A DNA stretch of 64,000 nucleotides from Candidatus Sericytochromatia bacterium (GTDB lineage: Bacteria; Cyanobacteriota; Sericytochromatia; S15B-MN24; UBA4093), in contig JAKFCT010000045.1 in assembly GCA_036676495.1 (NCBI GenBank), forward strand, positions 1 through 64,000. The letters are read 5' to 3'. The translations under genes were made by a program, and so were the position numbers. Of the stretch, positions 27,896 to 38,218 are shown in pieces. The notes under the pieces were generated by a model. It did not search any database and was not told where the DNA came from. It saw only the letters and a list, made by a program, of their open reading frames with translations. Position 1 is the stretch's first letter. The number at the start of each line of letters is the position of its first letter.

Positions 27896-29119
27896 CTAGG
27901 GCGTCCGCAGCTTGGGTTCGGCGAGGAACCGATGGGCCAGGAAGGCGACCGTGCCGCAGGTGGCCATCACGAGGGCCAGCGGCAGGGCGCTGCCGTCGTG
28001 CAGGCGCCCGATCATGGCGCTCGCGACGGCGGCCAGCCCGAATTGAAGCGAGCCCATGACCGCCGAGGCGAAACCCGCCCGCCGGCCGTGAGGCTCCAGG
28101 GCCGTTGCCGTCGCGTTGGGCATGACGAAGCCCAGCGATGCCACGTAGCCGAAGAGCGGAAGCAGCAAGCCCCAGAGTCCGCCGAAGCCGCTCCCGACCG
28201 CTCCGGCGAGGGCGAGCCCGAAGACGGCCGGCGCCAGCATCGTGAGTCGCAACAAGCCGCGGGGAGGCCGGGACTTGAGCAGCCAGCCGTTGATCTGGGA
28301 GGCGGCGATCAGACCCAGGGCGTTCACCCCGAAGATCCAGCTGTAGGCCGAGGCGGAGACCTGGTGCAGTTCGATCAGGACGAACGGCGAGCCCGAGATG
28401 TAGGCGAACATTCCGGCGTTGGCCATGCTGCCGGCCAGGGTGAAGCCCAGGAAGTGCCGGTCTTTGAGCAGGTGGCGCAGGTCGTCTCCCAGCGAGGTCG
28501 CGGCGTTGGAGGGGCGGGTGGCGGCGGGGCGCGTCTCCGGCAAGCCTCCGGCGGCGGCGAGGAGGGCGATCGCCCCGAAGGCCGCCAGCGCGACGAAGAT
28601 CGCCTGCCAGCCGAAGAAGGCCAGCAAGCCTGCTCCCGCCATGGGCGCGAGGATCGGCGCGACTCCCATCACCAGGGTCATCAGCGAGAAGACCCGGGCC
28701 GCGTCCTGCACCGGAAAGACGTCCCGGACGACGGCCCGCGCGATGACCATCGCGGCGCAGCCCCCCATGGCCTGGAGGAAGCGGAACGCCACCAGGGCCC
28801 AGATGTTCGGGGCGAAGGCGCAGCCGAACGAGGCGAGCGTGAAGAGGCCGAGCCCCACCAGCATCGGCTTCTTGCGCCCCAGACGATCCGAGATCGGGCC
28901 GTAGAGCAACTGCCCGAGCGCCAGCCCGATGAAGTAGACGGCGAGCGTCAGCTGCACGTCCCGGGTCGCCGCCCCCAGATCCTTCCCGATGCTCGGAAGG
29001 CTGGGCAGGTACATGTCGATGGAGGCGGGGCCGATGGCCGTCAGCGCTCCCAGCAGGACGATCAGGGCCGCGGTCGCCGCGGGATGCGCGGCCGTGCCGG
29101 CGGGGGAGGTCGTCTTCAA
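27896..29119 (-). CDS. Bcr/CflA family MFS efflux transporter
   Basis: IDMYLPSLP, GPISDRLGRK, LPET; about 12 TM helices. Confidence 0.92.
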   Translation of the reverse strand: MKTTSPAGTAAHPAATAALIVLLGALTAIGPASIDMYLPSLPSIGKDLGAATRDVQLTLAVYFIGLALGQLLYGPISDRLGRKKPMLVGLGLFTLASFGCAFAPNIWALVAFRFLQAMGGCAAMVIARAVVRDVFPVQDAARVFSLMTLVMGVAPILAPMAGAGLLAFFGWQAIFVALAAFGAIALLAAAGGLPETRPAATRPSNAATSLGDDLRHLLKDRHFLGFTLAGSMANAGMFAYISGSPFVLIELHQVSASAYSWIFGVNALGLIAASQINGWLLKSRPPRGLLRLTMLAPAVFGLALAGAVGSGFGGLWGLLLPLFGYVASLGFVMPNATATALEPHGRRAGFASAVMGSLQFGLAAVASAMIGRLHDGSALPLALVMATCGTVAFLAHRFLAEPKLRTP

Positions 29120-29285
29120 TCAGGGTGCTCCAAGGTGCCGGAACGCCCAGCGTTCCGCGTTGGGTCATGGCTGCAGGCCCCCTCAGGGCCTGGGCCTTAT
29201 TCTACCAGGAGAATGCCGTCGTTTCGCCCGTTCGAGGGAGCCGGCGGGGCCAAGCCGCCTGCGGCACGGCCCCAGGCGGCAGGCA

Positions 29286-29711
29286 TCACTGGGGGCGACG
29301 CTGCTTCAGGACGTGATCGAGGCTCCAGGGCCCGGAGCCGTTCCCGGCGAGGAAGAGGAAGATGAGCATGTAGAGGAGCGCGAGCTCCCCGGCGTTCAGG
29401 ATCGGCCACGGTCCCCGGGGGACGTGGGCCATGACGTAGGCGACGAGCATCTGGAGGGCGAGGATCAGGGCCACCGGGCGCGTCAGCAGTCCGAGGACGA
29501 TGAGCAGGCCCCCGAAGAACTCCAGGACCCCCGCGAGGCCCATCAGCGAGACGAGCGGGACGGCCTGTTCGCCGAGCACGCCGAAGAGCTTCTGGGCGCC
29601 GTGCTGCATGAAGAGCAATCCCGCGCCGATCCTCAGGATCGCATGCAGTGCGGGGCCCAGGACCGCCAGGGGGGAAGTTCCGGCGGAATAGGAGTCGGGG
29701 TGCTTGGCCAT
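29286..29711 (-). CDS. DoxX family membrane protein
   Basis: LRIGAGLLFMQHGAQKLFG, EFFGG, GLLTRP, GELALLY, GPWSLD; start ATG 29711 after GAGGAGG. Confidence 0.9.
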   Translation of the reverse strand: MAKHPDSYSAGTSPLAVLGPALHAILRIGAGLLFMQHGAQKLFGVLGEQAVPLVSLMGLAGVLEFFGGLLIVLGLLTRPVALILALQMLVAYVMAHVPRGPWPILNAGELALLYMLIFLFLAGNGSGPWSLDHVLKQRRPQ

Positions 29712-29771
29712 GGCGTCCTCCTCGGGGTGACCCGTGCGAAAGGCCTTGCCGCACGGCAAGGATTCTCCTTT

Positions 29772-29798
29772 CGGATTGTCACATATCGTAACAATCCG
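29772..29798. promoter_or_regulatory. Palindromic operator between the doxX paralogs
   Basis: CGGATTGTCAC-ATATC-GTAACAATCCG, 11-5-11 inverted repeat with one mismatch. Confidence 0.6.
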
Positions 29799-29855
29799 GA
29801 TTCCCCGAGGCAAGGCCTCTGCGCGGGACCTCGCTCCCCGTGGCGAGTTTCGGGG

Positions 29856-30293
29856 TCAGCGCCCGCGCCGGCTGCGCAGCCAGGCGTCGAGGCTCCAGGG
29901 GCCCGCACCGTTGGCAGCGACGAAGGCGAAGATCAGCGCGTAAAGGAGGGCCATCTCGCCGCGATTGAGGATCGGCAAAGCCCCCTGACCCGCATGGCCG
30001 ACGACGTACGCCGCGATCATCAACAGGCACATGAGGGCGCTGGCCGGGCGCGTCAGCAGACCGAGGGCGATCAGGATGCCGCCGAAAAACTCCACCACCC
30101 CGGCGAACCCGTACTGGGTGAAGAGGGGCACCGCGTCCTTGCCCAGCACCCCGAAGAGCTTCTGGGCGCCGTGCGGAATCATCAGGAGCGCGGCGCCGAT
30201 CCGCAAGATTGCGTGGGTCGGGGGCGCGACGGCGGCCAGCATGGCAAAGGGCGAGCCGACGCTCTGGGGGGACGTGGGGGCATTGGGGGTCAT
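29856..30293 (-). CDS. DoxX family membrane protein (paralog)
   Basis: HGAQKLFG, EFFGG, GEMALLY, GPWSLD; clearly paralogous to 29286-29711. Confidence 0.9.
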   Translation of the reverse strand: MTPNAPTSPQSVGSPFAMLAAVAPPTHAILRIGAALLMIPHGAQKLFGVLGKDAVPLFTQYGFAGVVEFFGGILIALGLLTRPASALMCLLMIAAYVVGHAGQGALPILNRGEMALLYALIFAFVAANGAGPWSLDAWLRSRRGR

Positions 30294-30340
30294 CGTTCCT
30301 CCTTGGGGATCTCCCGGCCCTCGGGGGGGATTGCGCGGGA

Positions 30341-32431
30341 TTAAGGACGGGAAAGTGGCGTCCGGCAGGCATGAGCGCCGATCGGAGTCGTTGGCATGGT
30401 ATCAGCGGGTGGATTTGGGGGCAACTCCGACGCTCCGGTCTCTCGGTCTCCTTCGGAGCTTCGGCGTGCGGCCGGCGCGGGAGCGTAGAGGGTATAGCGG
30501 TTCCTGCCGGCCTGTTTCGAGGCGTACATGGCCGCGTCCGCTTGCTGGACCAGGGTCTCGGCGTCGGGGGCCAGCTCCGGGAAGAGGCTGATGCCGATGC
30601 TCGGCGTGACCGTGAGCGGCACTCCGTCGATCTCGAAGGTCTTGGGCAGGGCTTGCAGGATCTTCTGGGCGACCGTGATGGCCCCGTGGGGGCCGTCGAC
30701 GACGGGGAGCAAGACGGTGAACTCGTCCCCGCCGAGGCGGGCGACGGTGTCGCTCGAGCGCACGCAGGAGCGCAGGCGGTGGGCGACGTCTTGAAGCAAG
30801 GTATCGCCGGCGGCATGGCCCAAGGCGTCGTTCACGTTCTTGAAGTGATCCAGGTCCAGGTAAAGGAGCGCCATCGGGGTGTTGTTTCGCCGCGCTTTCA
30901 CCATGGCTTGGTCCAGCCGATCGGCGAAGAGCATGCGGTTCGGGAGGCCCGTCAAGGCGTCATGGAAGGCCTGATGCGCGATCACTTCCTCTTGCTGCTT
31001 GCGGGCGGTGATGTCTTCGATCAGGGCCACCATGAAGTCGAGCGTGCCGTCTTGCCGCCGGACTCCGGTCACGGCCAGGTTCGCCCAGACGGTCCGGCCA
31101 TCCTTGCAGATGTAGCGCTTCTCCATGTGGTAGGCGCTCCGCTCGCCGCGCAGCATCTCCCGGCGGTAGCGCTGATTCTCGGCGTGATCGTCGAGCAGGG
31201 TGAACTGGGACCAGTGCGTGTCCTGCAGCTCCTCCTCGGTGTAGCCGAGCATGCGCTGGAAAGCCGGGTTGGTATGCACGATCGTGCCTTCGGGGGTCGT
31301 CTGGACGATGCCGAGGGCCGCATGATCGTGGATGGCCCGGAAGCGTTCCTCGCTTTCGCGCAGGGCATGGGTCATTTCCAGGGCGAGCGCGCGGGCCCGG
31401 GCTCGGTGCGAGATCAAACTCCAGGCGATCCCGAAGAGCAGGAAGCTGATGATCACCCCGCCCAGGAACCAGCCCTGCCGGCCGAACCCCGCCTGGGCCT
31501 CGAACTCCGGCCGGCTCTTCACTTGCAGGGTCCAGGTGCTGTTGTTGAGCGCGAAGGGGCGCGTCTGGCCGTAGAGGCTTTCCCGTTTCGAACCGGTTTT
31601 CGGCCGCTCTGCGCCCGAGTCGTAAAGGAGCTCCCCGGACCCGAAAGTTGCTCCGTCGGCGATCATGAGGTCCAGGTCCGGGAACTGGTCTCCCATGATG
31701 CCGCGCATGAGGTCGTTCATCCGGAAGGGGGCGTAGACGAAGCCCTTCAGGGCCTCGCGTCGCTGTGACGGGGTGGCGAGGGGCATGCCGTCGCGGTAGA
31801 CCGGGACGTAGAGGAGGAACCCCGCCTGGCGATCCCGATCCGTTTCCTGCACCAGGGTGACCTTGCGGCTGAAGGCCGGCGAGCCCGTGTCCCGGGCCAG
31901 GTCCATGGCCGCTTGGCGAATGGGTTCGGAGTGCATGTCGTAGCCGAAGGCGCGTAGGTTGCGCCCGCTGAACGGCTCCAGGTAGATGATGGAGTGGTAC
32001 TCCGCGCGCGCTCCCGGCGGGGTCACGACGTAGCCGGGAAAGCCCTCCGCCCGGATCCGGCGCTGATGCGCCTCCAGGTCGGCGGCGGGGATGCGCTGCG
32101 TGTAGCCGATCCCGAGGATGCCGGGGAAGCGGGTCTCGAGGTCCAGGGAGTCGATGTAGGTGCGCCACTGACGCCGATCCACCTCGCCGACGGCCTCGAA
32201 GAGCCCGACCCCTCCGCTCAGCAGGCCCTCGTAGCTGAGCATGCGGGTGTGAATCGCGCGCTCCATCTGCTCGGCTCTCAGGAGGAAGCGCTGCTGCGCC
32301 GCCTCGCGCTCGCGCACGTTGCCCAACTGCCAGGCGATCGCCGTGCAACAGAGGCCGAGCGCCAGCACGATCCATGCCGGGAGCAACCCCGAGAAGCGCG
32401 AGGAGAAGGAGGGGCGGGAGGCATGCGACAT
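30341..32431 (-). CDS. CHASE-PAS-GGDEF diguanylate cyclase
   Basis: TM-CHASE (YLEPFSGRNLRAFGYDM)-TM, PAS/PAC, DLDHFK, GGDEF; start about ATG 32431. Confidence 0.9.
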   Translation of the reverse strand: MSHASRPSFSSRFSGLLPAWIVLALGLCCTAIAWQLGNVREREAAQQRFLLRAEQMERAIHTRMLSYEGLLSGGVGLFEAVGEVDRRQWRTYIDSLDLETRFPGILGIGYTQRIPAADLEAHQRRIRAEGFPGYVVTPPGARAEYHSIIYLEPFSGRNLRAFGYDMHSEPIRQAAMDLARDTGSPAFSRKVTLVQETDRDRQAGFLLYVPVYRDGMPLATPSQRREALKGFVYAPFRMNDLMRGIMGDQFPDLDLMIADGATFGSGELLYDSGAERPKTGSKRESLYGQTRPFALNNSTWTLQVKSRPEFEAQAGFGRQGWFLGGVIISFLLFGIAWSLISHRARARALALEMTHALRESEERFRAIHDHAALGIVQTTPEGTIVHTNPAFQRMLGYTEEELQDTHWSQFTLLDDHAENQRYRREMLRGERSAYHMEKRYICKDGRTVWANLAVTGVRRQDGTLDFMVALIEDITARKQQEEVIAHQAFHDALTGLPNRMLFADRLDQAMVKARRNNTPMALLYLDLDHFKNVNDALGHAAGDTLLQDVAHRLRSCVRSSDTVARLGGDEFTVLLPVVDGPHGAITVAQKILQALPKTFEIDGVPLTVTPSIGISLFPELAPDAETLVQQADAAMYASKQAGRNRYTLYAPAPAARRSSEGDRETGASELPPNPPADTMPTTPIGAHACRTPLSRP

Positions 32432-32590
32432 GGCGAGGGCTCCAGGAATCGACGGCGGTGGAACGAGGACTTGCCTGGAGTATAGGATGCTTCCTTGCTT
32501 AGAGCGAGCGTAGTTATCCCCGAGCGGCGGCCCTGAGGCCACTTCAGGCATGCGATCGCGCGCAAACGCTGGCGGTGATGCCGTGGGAGG

Positions 32591-34498
32591 TTATTCGGGA
32601 AGCGGCAGGGTGAACCAGAAGGTGCTGCCTTCTCCGGGCCGGCTTCGAACGCCGATCTGGCCGCCGTGGGCTTCCACGAAGGCTTTGCTGATGGTCAGGC
32701 CCAGGCCGGTCCCGCCGACCCGCCGGGTCGAGCTCATGTCGACCTGGGAGAAGGGCTTGAAGAGCTTGGCGACGGACTCCTCGGAGATGCCGGGCCCGGT
32801 ATCCGTCACCTCGGTGAGGATGGTGTCGCCGGCGTGCCGGACGCGCACTTGGATCTCGCCTCCCTGGGGCGTGAATTTGATGGCGTTGTCCACCAGGTTG
32901 GTCAGCACCTGGATCAGGCGGCGGGCGTCGACCATGAGCCGGGGGTGGTCCTGGGCGTCCAGGGTGAGGGAGATCTGCTTCTGATCGCTGAGGGGGCGCA
33001 GGGGAGCGAGCGCCTCCTGGACGATGGGGACGTAGTCGGCGAGATCCGGCTCGATGTGGAGCTTTCCGGCCTGGATCCGGCTCATGTCGAGCAGGTTGTT
33101 GACCAGCTCCAGCATGCGGTCGGCGCCGTTCAAGATCTTGTGAATGTACGATTGCTGCGTCTCGTTGAGGGGGCCGGCCACCTCGTCTTCGAGGATGCTG
33201 GCGAAGCCGGTGATGAAGTTGAGGGGCGTGCGCAGCTCGTGGCTGATGACCGAGAGGAACTCGTCCTTGTAGCGGTCGGCCGTTCGAAGGGCCTCGTTGG
33301 CTTTCTCCAGCTCGGCGCTGCGCTGGGCGATCGCCGCTTCGGCTTGCTTGCGTTCGGTGATGTCCCGGATCACGGCCAGCACCGCCGGTAGATCTTCGCC
33401 CTCCAGCGGGCTGAGGCTGACCTCGATGGGGAACTCCGTGCCGTCCTTGCGCTCGGCGGACAGCTCCAGCCCCGAGCCCATCGGGCGCATGCGCGGGGCC
33501 ATGAAGAAGCCCCGCAGGTGATGGCCATGGGCGGCGCGAAAGCGCGCGGGCATGAGGATCTCGACGGGCTGGCCGACTAGCTCCGCTTGGCTGTAGCCGA
33601 AGATCTGCTCCGTCTGGGGGCTGGCCAGCGTGATCCGGCCCTCCTGGTTGACCAGGATGGTGGGATCGGGGGAGGCCTCCAGGATTCTCCGGAACTGCCG
33701 CTCGGCCTTCTTGAGGGTTTCGTAGGCCTGGGAGGTGACGACATCCTCCAGGCGCTGCTTGTAGGAGCTGAGGAGGGCGATCGTGAGGATGATCAGGGTT
33801 CCGGCGGCGATCGCGGCGCCGCCCAGGCTGCCGATTTGCAGGACAGGGGCCTGGGTGGGGGTGGGAGTCACGGAGAAGTGGGCGGCGGCCATGCCGACGT
33901 AGTGCATCCCGGAAATCGCCACTCCGACCAGCGTGGCGCTGGCGATCCGCAGGCCGCTCCAGACCGTGGAGGCTTGCTCGCGCAGCCGGAAGGTCAGCCA
34001 GAGGGCCGCGATCGAGCCGGCGACGGCGATCACCAGGGAGGCCATGACGAGCCATGGATCATAGCCGGTGACCGTGGGCATGCGCATGGCGGCCATGCCG
34101 ACGTAGTGCATCGCGGCGATCCCGAAGCCCATGAGGAAGCCGCCGGCGATGAGGTTCCGGGGGCGGATGCGCGGCCGGCTCGCGACCCAGAGCGCCCACC
34201 ATGACGCGGCGATCGCCACCAGCATCGAGGCGACGGTCAGCGTCACGTCGTAGGTCATCAGGGTCTGACCCACGTGGAAGGCCAGCATGCCGGTGAAATG
34301 CATCGACCAGATGCCCAGGCCCATGGCGAAGGCCCCTCCCGCCAGCCAGAGCCGGCGCGAGAGCCCCTGGGAAAGCGCGACGCGGCCCGCCATGTCGAGG
34401 GCCGTGTAGCCCGCTCCGATGGCGATCGCCACCGAGAGGATCACCAGGATCGGATCGTAGCCGCTCGCCGCGGCCGCGGCACCACCTGCTGCAGTCAT
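32591..34498 (-). CDS. MHYT-PAS histidine kinase
   Basis: MHFTGM and MHYVGM repeats, PAS, SHELRTP, NAIKF, GTGLGL. Confidence 0.92.
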   Translation of the reverse strand: MTAAGGAAAAASGYDPILVILSVAIAIGAGYTALDMAGRVALSQGLSRRLWLAGGAFAMGLGIWSMHFTGMLAFHVGQTLMTYDVTLTVASMLVAIAASWWALWVASRPRIRPRNLIAGGFLMGFGIAAMHYVGMAAMRMPTVTGYDPWLVMASLVIAVAGSIAALWLTFRLREQASTVWSGLRIASATLVGVAISGMHYVGMAAAHFSVTPTPTQAPVLQIGSLGGAAIAAGTLIILTIALLSSYKQRLEDVVTSQAYETLKKAERQFRRILEASPDPTILVNQEGRITLASPQTEQIFGYSQAELVGQPVEILMPARFRAAHGHHLRGFFMAPRMRPMGSGLELSAERKDGTEFPIEVSLSPLEGEDLPAVLAVIRDITERKQAEAAIAQRSAELEKANEALRTADRYKDEFLSVISHELRTPLNFITGFASILEDEVAGPLNETQQSYIHKILNGADRMLELVNNLLDMSRIQAGKLHIEPDLADYVPIVQEALAPLRPLSDQKQISLTLDAQDHPRLMVDARRLIQVLTNLVDNAIKFTPQGGEIQVRVRHAGDTILTEVTDTGPGISEESVAKLFKPFSQVDMSSTRRVGGTGLGLTISKAFVEAHGGQIGVRSRPGEGSTFWFTLPLPE

Positions 34499-34603
34499 GA
34501 GGCCATCCGGTTTCTAGTACCCCGTCGAGGGCGACATCAGGCCTCATTATCTCATGTTTAGCGCGGGGCGCGCGGGGGATCCCCGTCCTCCCCTTGCCGC
34601 GGC

Positions 34604-34882
34604 TTACGCTTGTTTCTTCTTGATCGCCGTGATCAGCTCGCTGAGCGTCCCCGAGGAAGGCCGGGCGGCTCCAAATTCCGTCGTGTCGGCTCCCAGGGCC
34701 GAGAGGCGCTGGAGCATGACCTCCGCCGATTCCGCGTAGAGCGTGACGGCCAGCATCACGCTATCGGTATCATGCGGCTTTCGGCCGATCAGGCAGTTGG
34801 CGAAGTTCTCGCGGATGGCGGCGACGACCTTCGTGGTTTCCGAGGCCGGAACCAGGAAGGTGATGCTTTGACGCTGCTTCAT
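34604..34882 (-). CDS. Hypothetical protein
   Basis: 92-aa ORF abutting the upstream gene in the same operon-like run. Confidence 0.55.
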   Translation of the reverse strand: MKQRQSITFLVPASETTKVVAAIRENFANCLIGRKPHDTDSVMLAVTLYAESAEVMLQRLSALGADTTEFGAARPSSGTLSELITAIKKKQA

Positions 34883-34884
34883 GC

Positions 34885-35292
34885 TCAGGCCTCGCTCGGC
34901 TCGGGAGGGGCGGCGGATTGGAACTGCCGGTCCAGGGGGGCGGGAAATTCGTCGTAGGCGAACCCTTGCGCCATGTGGGCCTTCAACGCGCGCCATTGCT
35001 CGGCGCTGACGTAGACGGTCTTCTCGCCGACCAGGGGATCTTGGATCATGAGGGGGCGGTTCCGGATCTTCTCAGGATCCGACGAGCGCATGCCCCAGGC
35101 GATTCCGGCCACGCCACCGACCATGACGCCGGCCCAGCCGGCAAAGAGCGCTCCCACGCCGAGCACGGTCGCCCCAGCCAGCGCTCCGGCGGTTCCGCCG
35201 GCGGTCGCTCCCGCGACGGCCCCCTTGAATACTCGGGAGGCGGCCCCAGGCTCGACGCTCAACGGGCGCTCCGAGAATTTGAACGATGTCAT
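34885..35292 (-). CDS. Hypothetical membrane protein with glycine-zipper-like segment
   Basis: GAVAGATAGGTAGALAG...; G-rich RBS before ATG 35292. Confidence 0.6.
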   Translation of the reverse strand: MTSFKFSERPLSVEPGAASRVFKGAVAGATAGGTAGALAGATVLGVGALFAGWAGVMVGGVAGIAWGMRSSDPEKIRNRPLMIQDPLVGEKTVYVSAEQWRALKAHMAQGFAYDEFPAPLDRQFQSAAPPEPSEA

Positions 35293-35403
35293 TCCCCCCC
35301 CATCCTTCCGGAAAGACGCTTGCTTGCTACAGTCTTTCACGAAGCGGAGCCCCGGACGACCGTGGTTTCTGCGGAGTTTGGGAGGGGGCTGCGGGATGGC
35401 GCG

Positions 35404-36318
35404 TCAGATCCAGCGGCGGGACTTGAAGACGATCAGCATGGCGAGGGCGGTCACGCCCATCAGGGCCAGGATGGCCTCGAAGGCATGAGGCGTTCCCCCG
35501 AACGGCAGTCGGACGTTCATCCCGTAGAGCCCGGAGACCAGGGTCAGGGGCAGGATGATCACGGAGATGATGGTGAGGGCCTGGATGACCTCGTTGGTGC
35601 GGTGCGAGATCAAGGAGTCATGGGTGTCGTTGAGGGCCTCGATGATGCCCTTCTGGTCCTCCAGGGATTCCCAGACCCGGGCGAGGTGGTCGCCGATATC
35701 CGAGAAGTACACCTCGAGGTCCTCGTGGATCAGCCGGCTCTTGAGATATTCCAGGCGGGAGATGACGGGCATCAAGGGCTTGACGATCCGGCGGTAGGCG
35801 ATGATGTCGCGCCGCAGGACCGAGATCTCCTCGACCGTCTCGCGGCCGCCGTGCTCGAAGATCATGTCCTCGATTTCCTGGACGTTGCGCTCGATCTTGT
35901 AGACGAGCGGGAAGAAGTGATCGACCAGGTCGTCGATGATCCGGTACAAGAGGTAGCCCGAGCCCATGCTCATGCTCTCCTCGCGCCGATTCTCGGCTTG
36001 CTCGCAGGCCTCGAACTTGCGGTCCAGCGGCCAGACCCGCCCCTTGTGGATGGTGATCAGGAAGTCCGGCCCCACGAAGATGTCCACCTCGGACGGCGTC
36101 GTCACCCGCAGCTCCTTGTCGTAGACCGGGAACTGCAGCACCAGGAAGAGGTAATCGTCGTACTCGTCCAGCTTCGGGCGCTGCCAACGGCTGGTCAGGT
36201 CGTCGAAGTCCAGCGGGTGGAACGGGAAGTTCTCCTCGAGGTAGGCGATGTCTTCGGCGCTCGCCTGGGGGATGTCGAGCCAGCGCAGGCCCTGGTAGCG
36301 GATCTCGCGAATCGCCAT
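35404..36318 (-). CDS. corA: CorA family Mg/Co transporter
   Basis: FHPLD, RPKLDEY, YGMN signature between two C-terminal TMs. Confidence 0.92.
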   Translation of the reverse strand: MAIREIRYQGLRWLDIPQASAEDIAYLEENFPFHPLDFDDLTSRWQRPKLDEYDDYLFLVLQFPVYDKELRVTTPSEVDIFVGPDFLITIHKGRVWPLDRKFEACEQAENRREESMSMGSGYLLYRIIDDLVDHFFPLVYKIERNVQEIEDMIFEHGGRETVEEISVLRRDIIAYRRIVKPLMPVISRLEYLKSRLIHEDLEVYFSDIGDHLARVWESLEDQKGIIEALNDTHDSLISHRTNEVIQALTIISVIILPLTLVSGLYGMNVRLPFGGTPHAFEAILALMGVTALAMLIVFKSRRWI

Positions 36319-36321
36319 AAT

Positions 36322-37209
36322 CTACACCTGACGCCGGGTCTTGGGATCCAGCAAGTCTCTGAGGCCGTCACCCAGGAGGTTGAAGCCCAGCACGACGAGC
36401 ATGATGGCGAGGCCCGGGAAGGTCACGGTCCATGGAGCCGAGCGGATGAAGGCTCTGGCGTTGTTCAGCATGGTGCCCCATTCGGGCAGGGGAGGTTGGG
36501 CGCCGAGTCCCAGGAAGGAGAGGCCGGCGGTCTCGAGGATGGCGGTGGCGATGCCGAGGGTGGCCTGGACCATGAGCGGGGTGAGGCAATTGGGGAGGAC
36601 GTGGCGGAAGACCACGGCGGCGTGCGAGGCGCCCGAGGCATGGGCGGCTTCCACGAACTCCTGGGATTTGACGCCCATGACCGAGGCTCGGACGAGCCGG
36701 GCGTAAACGGGGACGTTGACCAGCCCGATGGCGATCATGGCGTTGGTGAGGCTGGGGCCCATGATGGCGACGATCAGGATGGCCAAGAGGATGCCGGGGA
36801 AGGCCATCATGACGTCGATCCCCCGCATGATCGTCTCGTCCATCCACTTTCCGGCATACCCCGCGAGCGTGCCCAGGGTGGTGCCGAGGATCAGGGCGAT
36901 CGCCACCGAGATCAGCCCCACCTGCAGGGAAATCCAGGCCCCGGCCACGATTCGCAAGGCGATGTCGCGGCCCAGGTCGTCGGTGCCCAGGGGGTGGGCG
37001 AGGCTGGGGGGGGAGAGGCGCTCGGCGAGGTTCTGGGCGGTGGGGTCGTAGGGCATGACTTGCCCCACGGCGGCCACGATCAGGAATCCCAGCACCAGAA
37101 CGGCTCCCCAGACCGCCGAGCGGTTCCTGAGAAAGCGGCGCGCCCAGGCTTGCCAGCCCTCGGCGGGGGGAGTGTCGGTTGCGGCTTGGGGCACGATCGT
37201 GGTCGCCAT
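36322..37209 (-). CDS. dppC: Peptide ABC transporter permease (DppC/OppC)
   Basis: HPLGTDDLGRD, EAA loop, HVLPN, LSFLGLG, PEWG. Confidence 0.9.
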   Translation of the reverse strand: MATTIVPQAATDTPPAEGWQAWARRFLRNRSAVWGAVLVLGFLIVAAVGQVMPYDPTAQNLAERLSPPSLAHPLGTDDLGRDIALRIVAGAWISLQVGLISVAIALILGTTLGTLAGYAGKWMDETIMRGIDVMMAFPGILLAILIVAIMGPSLTNAMIAIGLVNVPVYARLVRASVMGVKSQEFVEAAHASGASHAAVVFRHVLPNCLTPLMVQATLGIATAILETAGLSFLGLGAQPPLPEWGTMLNNARAFIRSAPWTVTFPGLAIMLVVLGFNLLGDGLRDLLDPKTRRQV

Positions 37210-37219
37210 CTAGTCTTCC

Positions 37220-38218
37220 CTATCGCAGCCTCGGATCCATCCGGGTGTAAAGCAGGTCGGTGGCCAGGTTGACCAGCACGAAGCAGGTGGCGAAGACCAG
37301 CACGCAGCCTTGCAGGACCGGGAAGTCCCGCGAGAATACCGATTGTACCGCCAAAGAGCCGATTCCGGGCCAGCTGAAAATGGTCTCGGTGATGACCGCT
37401 CCCGAGAGCAGGTAGCCGAGCTGGAGGCCGGCCACGGTGACGATGGGGATGGCGGCGTTCTTCAGGGCATGCCGCCAGACCACGGCGCGCTCGCCGAGGC
37501 CCTTGGCGCGGGCAGTGCGGACGTAGTCCGCTCCCAGCACCTCCAGCATGGCCGCGCGGGTCATGCGGGCGATGATGGCCATGGGCACGGTGGCCAGGGT
37601 CAGCGCCGGCAGGATCAGGTGAAGCCCCGCCGAGCGGAAGGCGGCGAAGTCCCCGCGCAGCAGGGAGTCCAGCAGGTAGAACCCCGTGACCGGGACGATG
37701 TCCAGCGCGAGGTCCAGCCTCCCCGACAGCGGCAGGATCCGCAGCTGGGCCGAGAAGAGCAGCATCAGGACCAAGCCCAGCCAGAAGATGGGCATCGAGA
37801 CACCAACGAGCGCCCCCGAGGTGCTCAGGACGTCGATCCAGGAGTTTTTGCGGGCGGCGGCCAGGATCCCCAGCGGGATGCCGACGATCAGGGCGATCGC
37901 GAGCGCCGCCCCGCCCAGTTCGACCGTGGCGGGAAAGCGCTGGGAGATCTCCTGGGTCACCGGAGCGCCGGAGACGATGGAGCGGCCGAGGTCCCCGCGG
38001 GCCATGCGCCCGACGGTGGCGGCGAACTGAACCGGCAGGGGCTTGTCCAGGCCGAGGGATTCGCGGACCCGGGCGATCGCCTCGGGGCTGGCCCGCTCTC
38101 CCAGCATGACCTGTGCCGGGTCTCCCGGCACCAGCCTCACGGCCCCGAAGACGATCACGGTCACCCCGAAGAGGATGGGCACGAGCAGCAGCAGGCGGCG
38201 AAACAGCATCGCGATCAT
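37220..38218 (-). CDS. dppB: Peptide ABC transporter permease (DppB/OppB)
   Basis: PGDPA, GLDKPL, DYVRTARAKG, HALKNA, DPRLR; start ATG 38218. Confidence 0.9.
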   Translation of the reverse strand: MIAMLFRRLLLLVPILFGVTVIVFGAVRLVPGDPAQVMLGERASPEAIARVRESLGLDKPLPVQFAATVGRMARGDLGRSIVSGAPVTQEISQRFPATVELGGAALAIALIVGIPLGILAAARKNSWIDVLSTSGALVGVSMPIFWLGLVLMLLFSAQLRILPLSGRLDLALDIVPVTGFYLLDSLLRGDFAAFRSAGLHLILPALTLATVPMAIIARMTRAAMLEVLGADYVRTARAKGLGERAVVWRHALKNAAIPIVTVAGLQLGYLLSGAVITETIFSWPGIGSLAVQSVFSRDFPVLQGCVLVFATCFVLVNLATDLLYTRMDPRLR

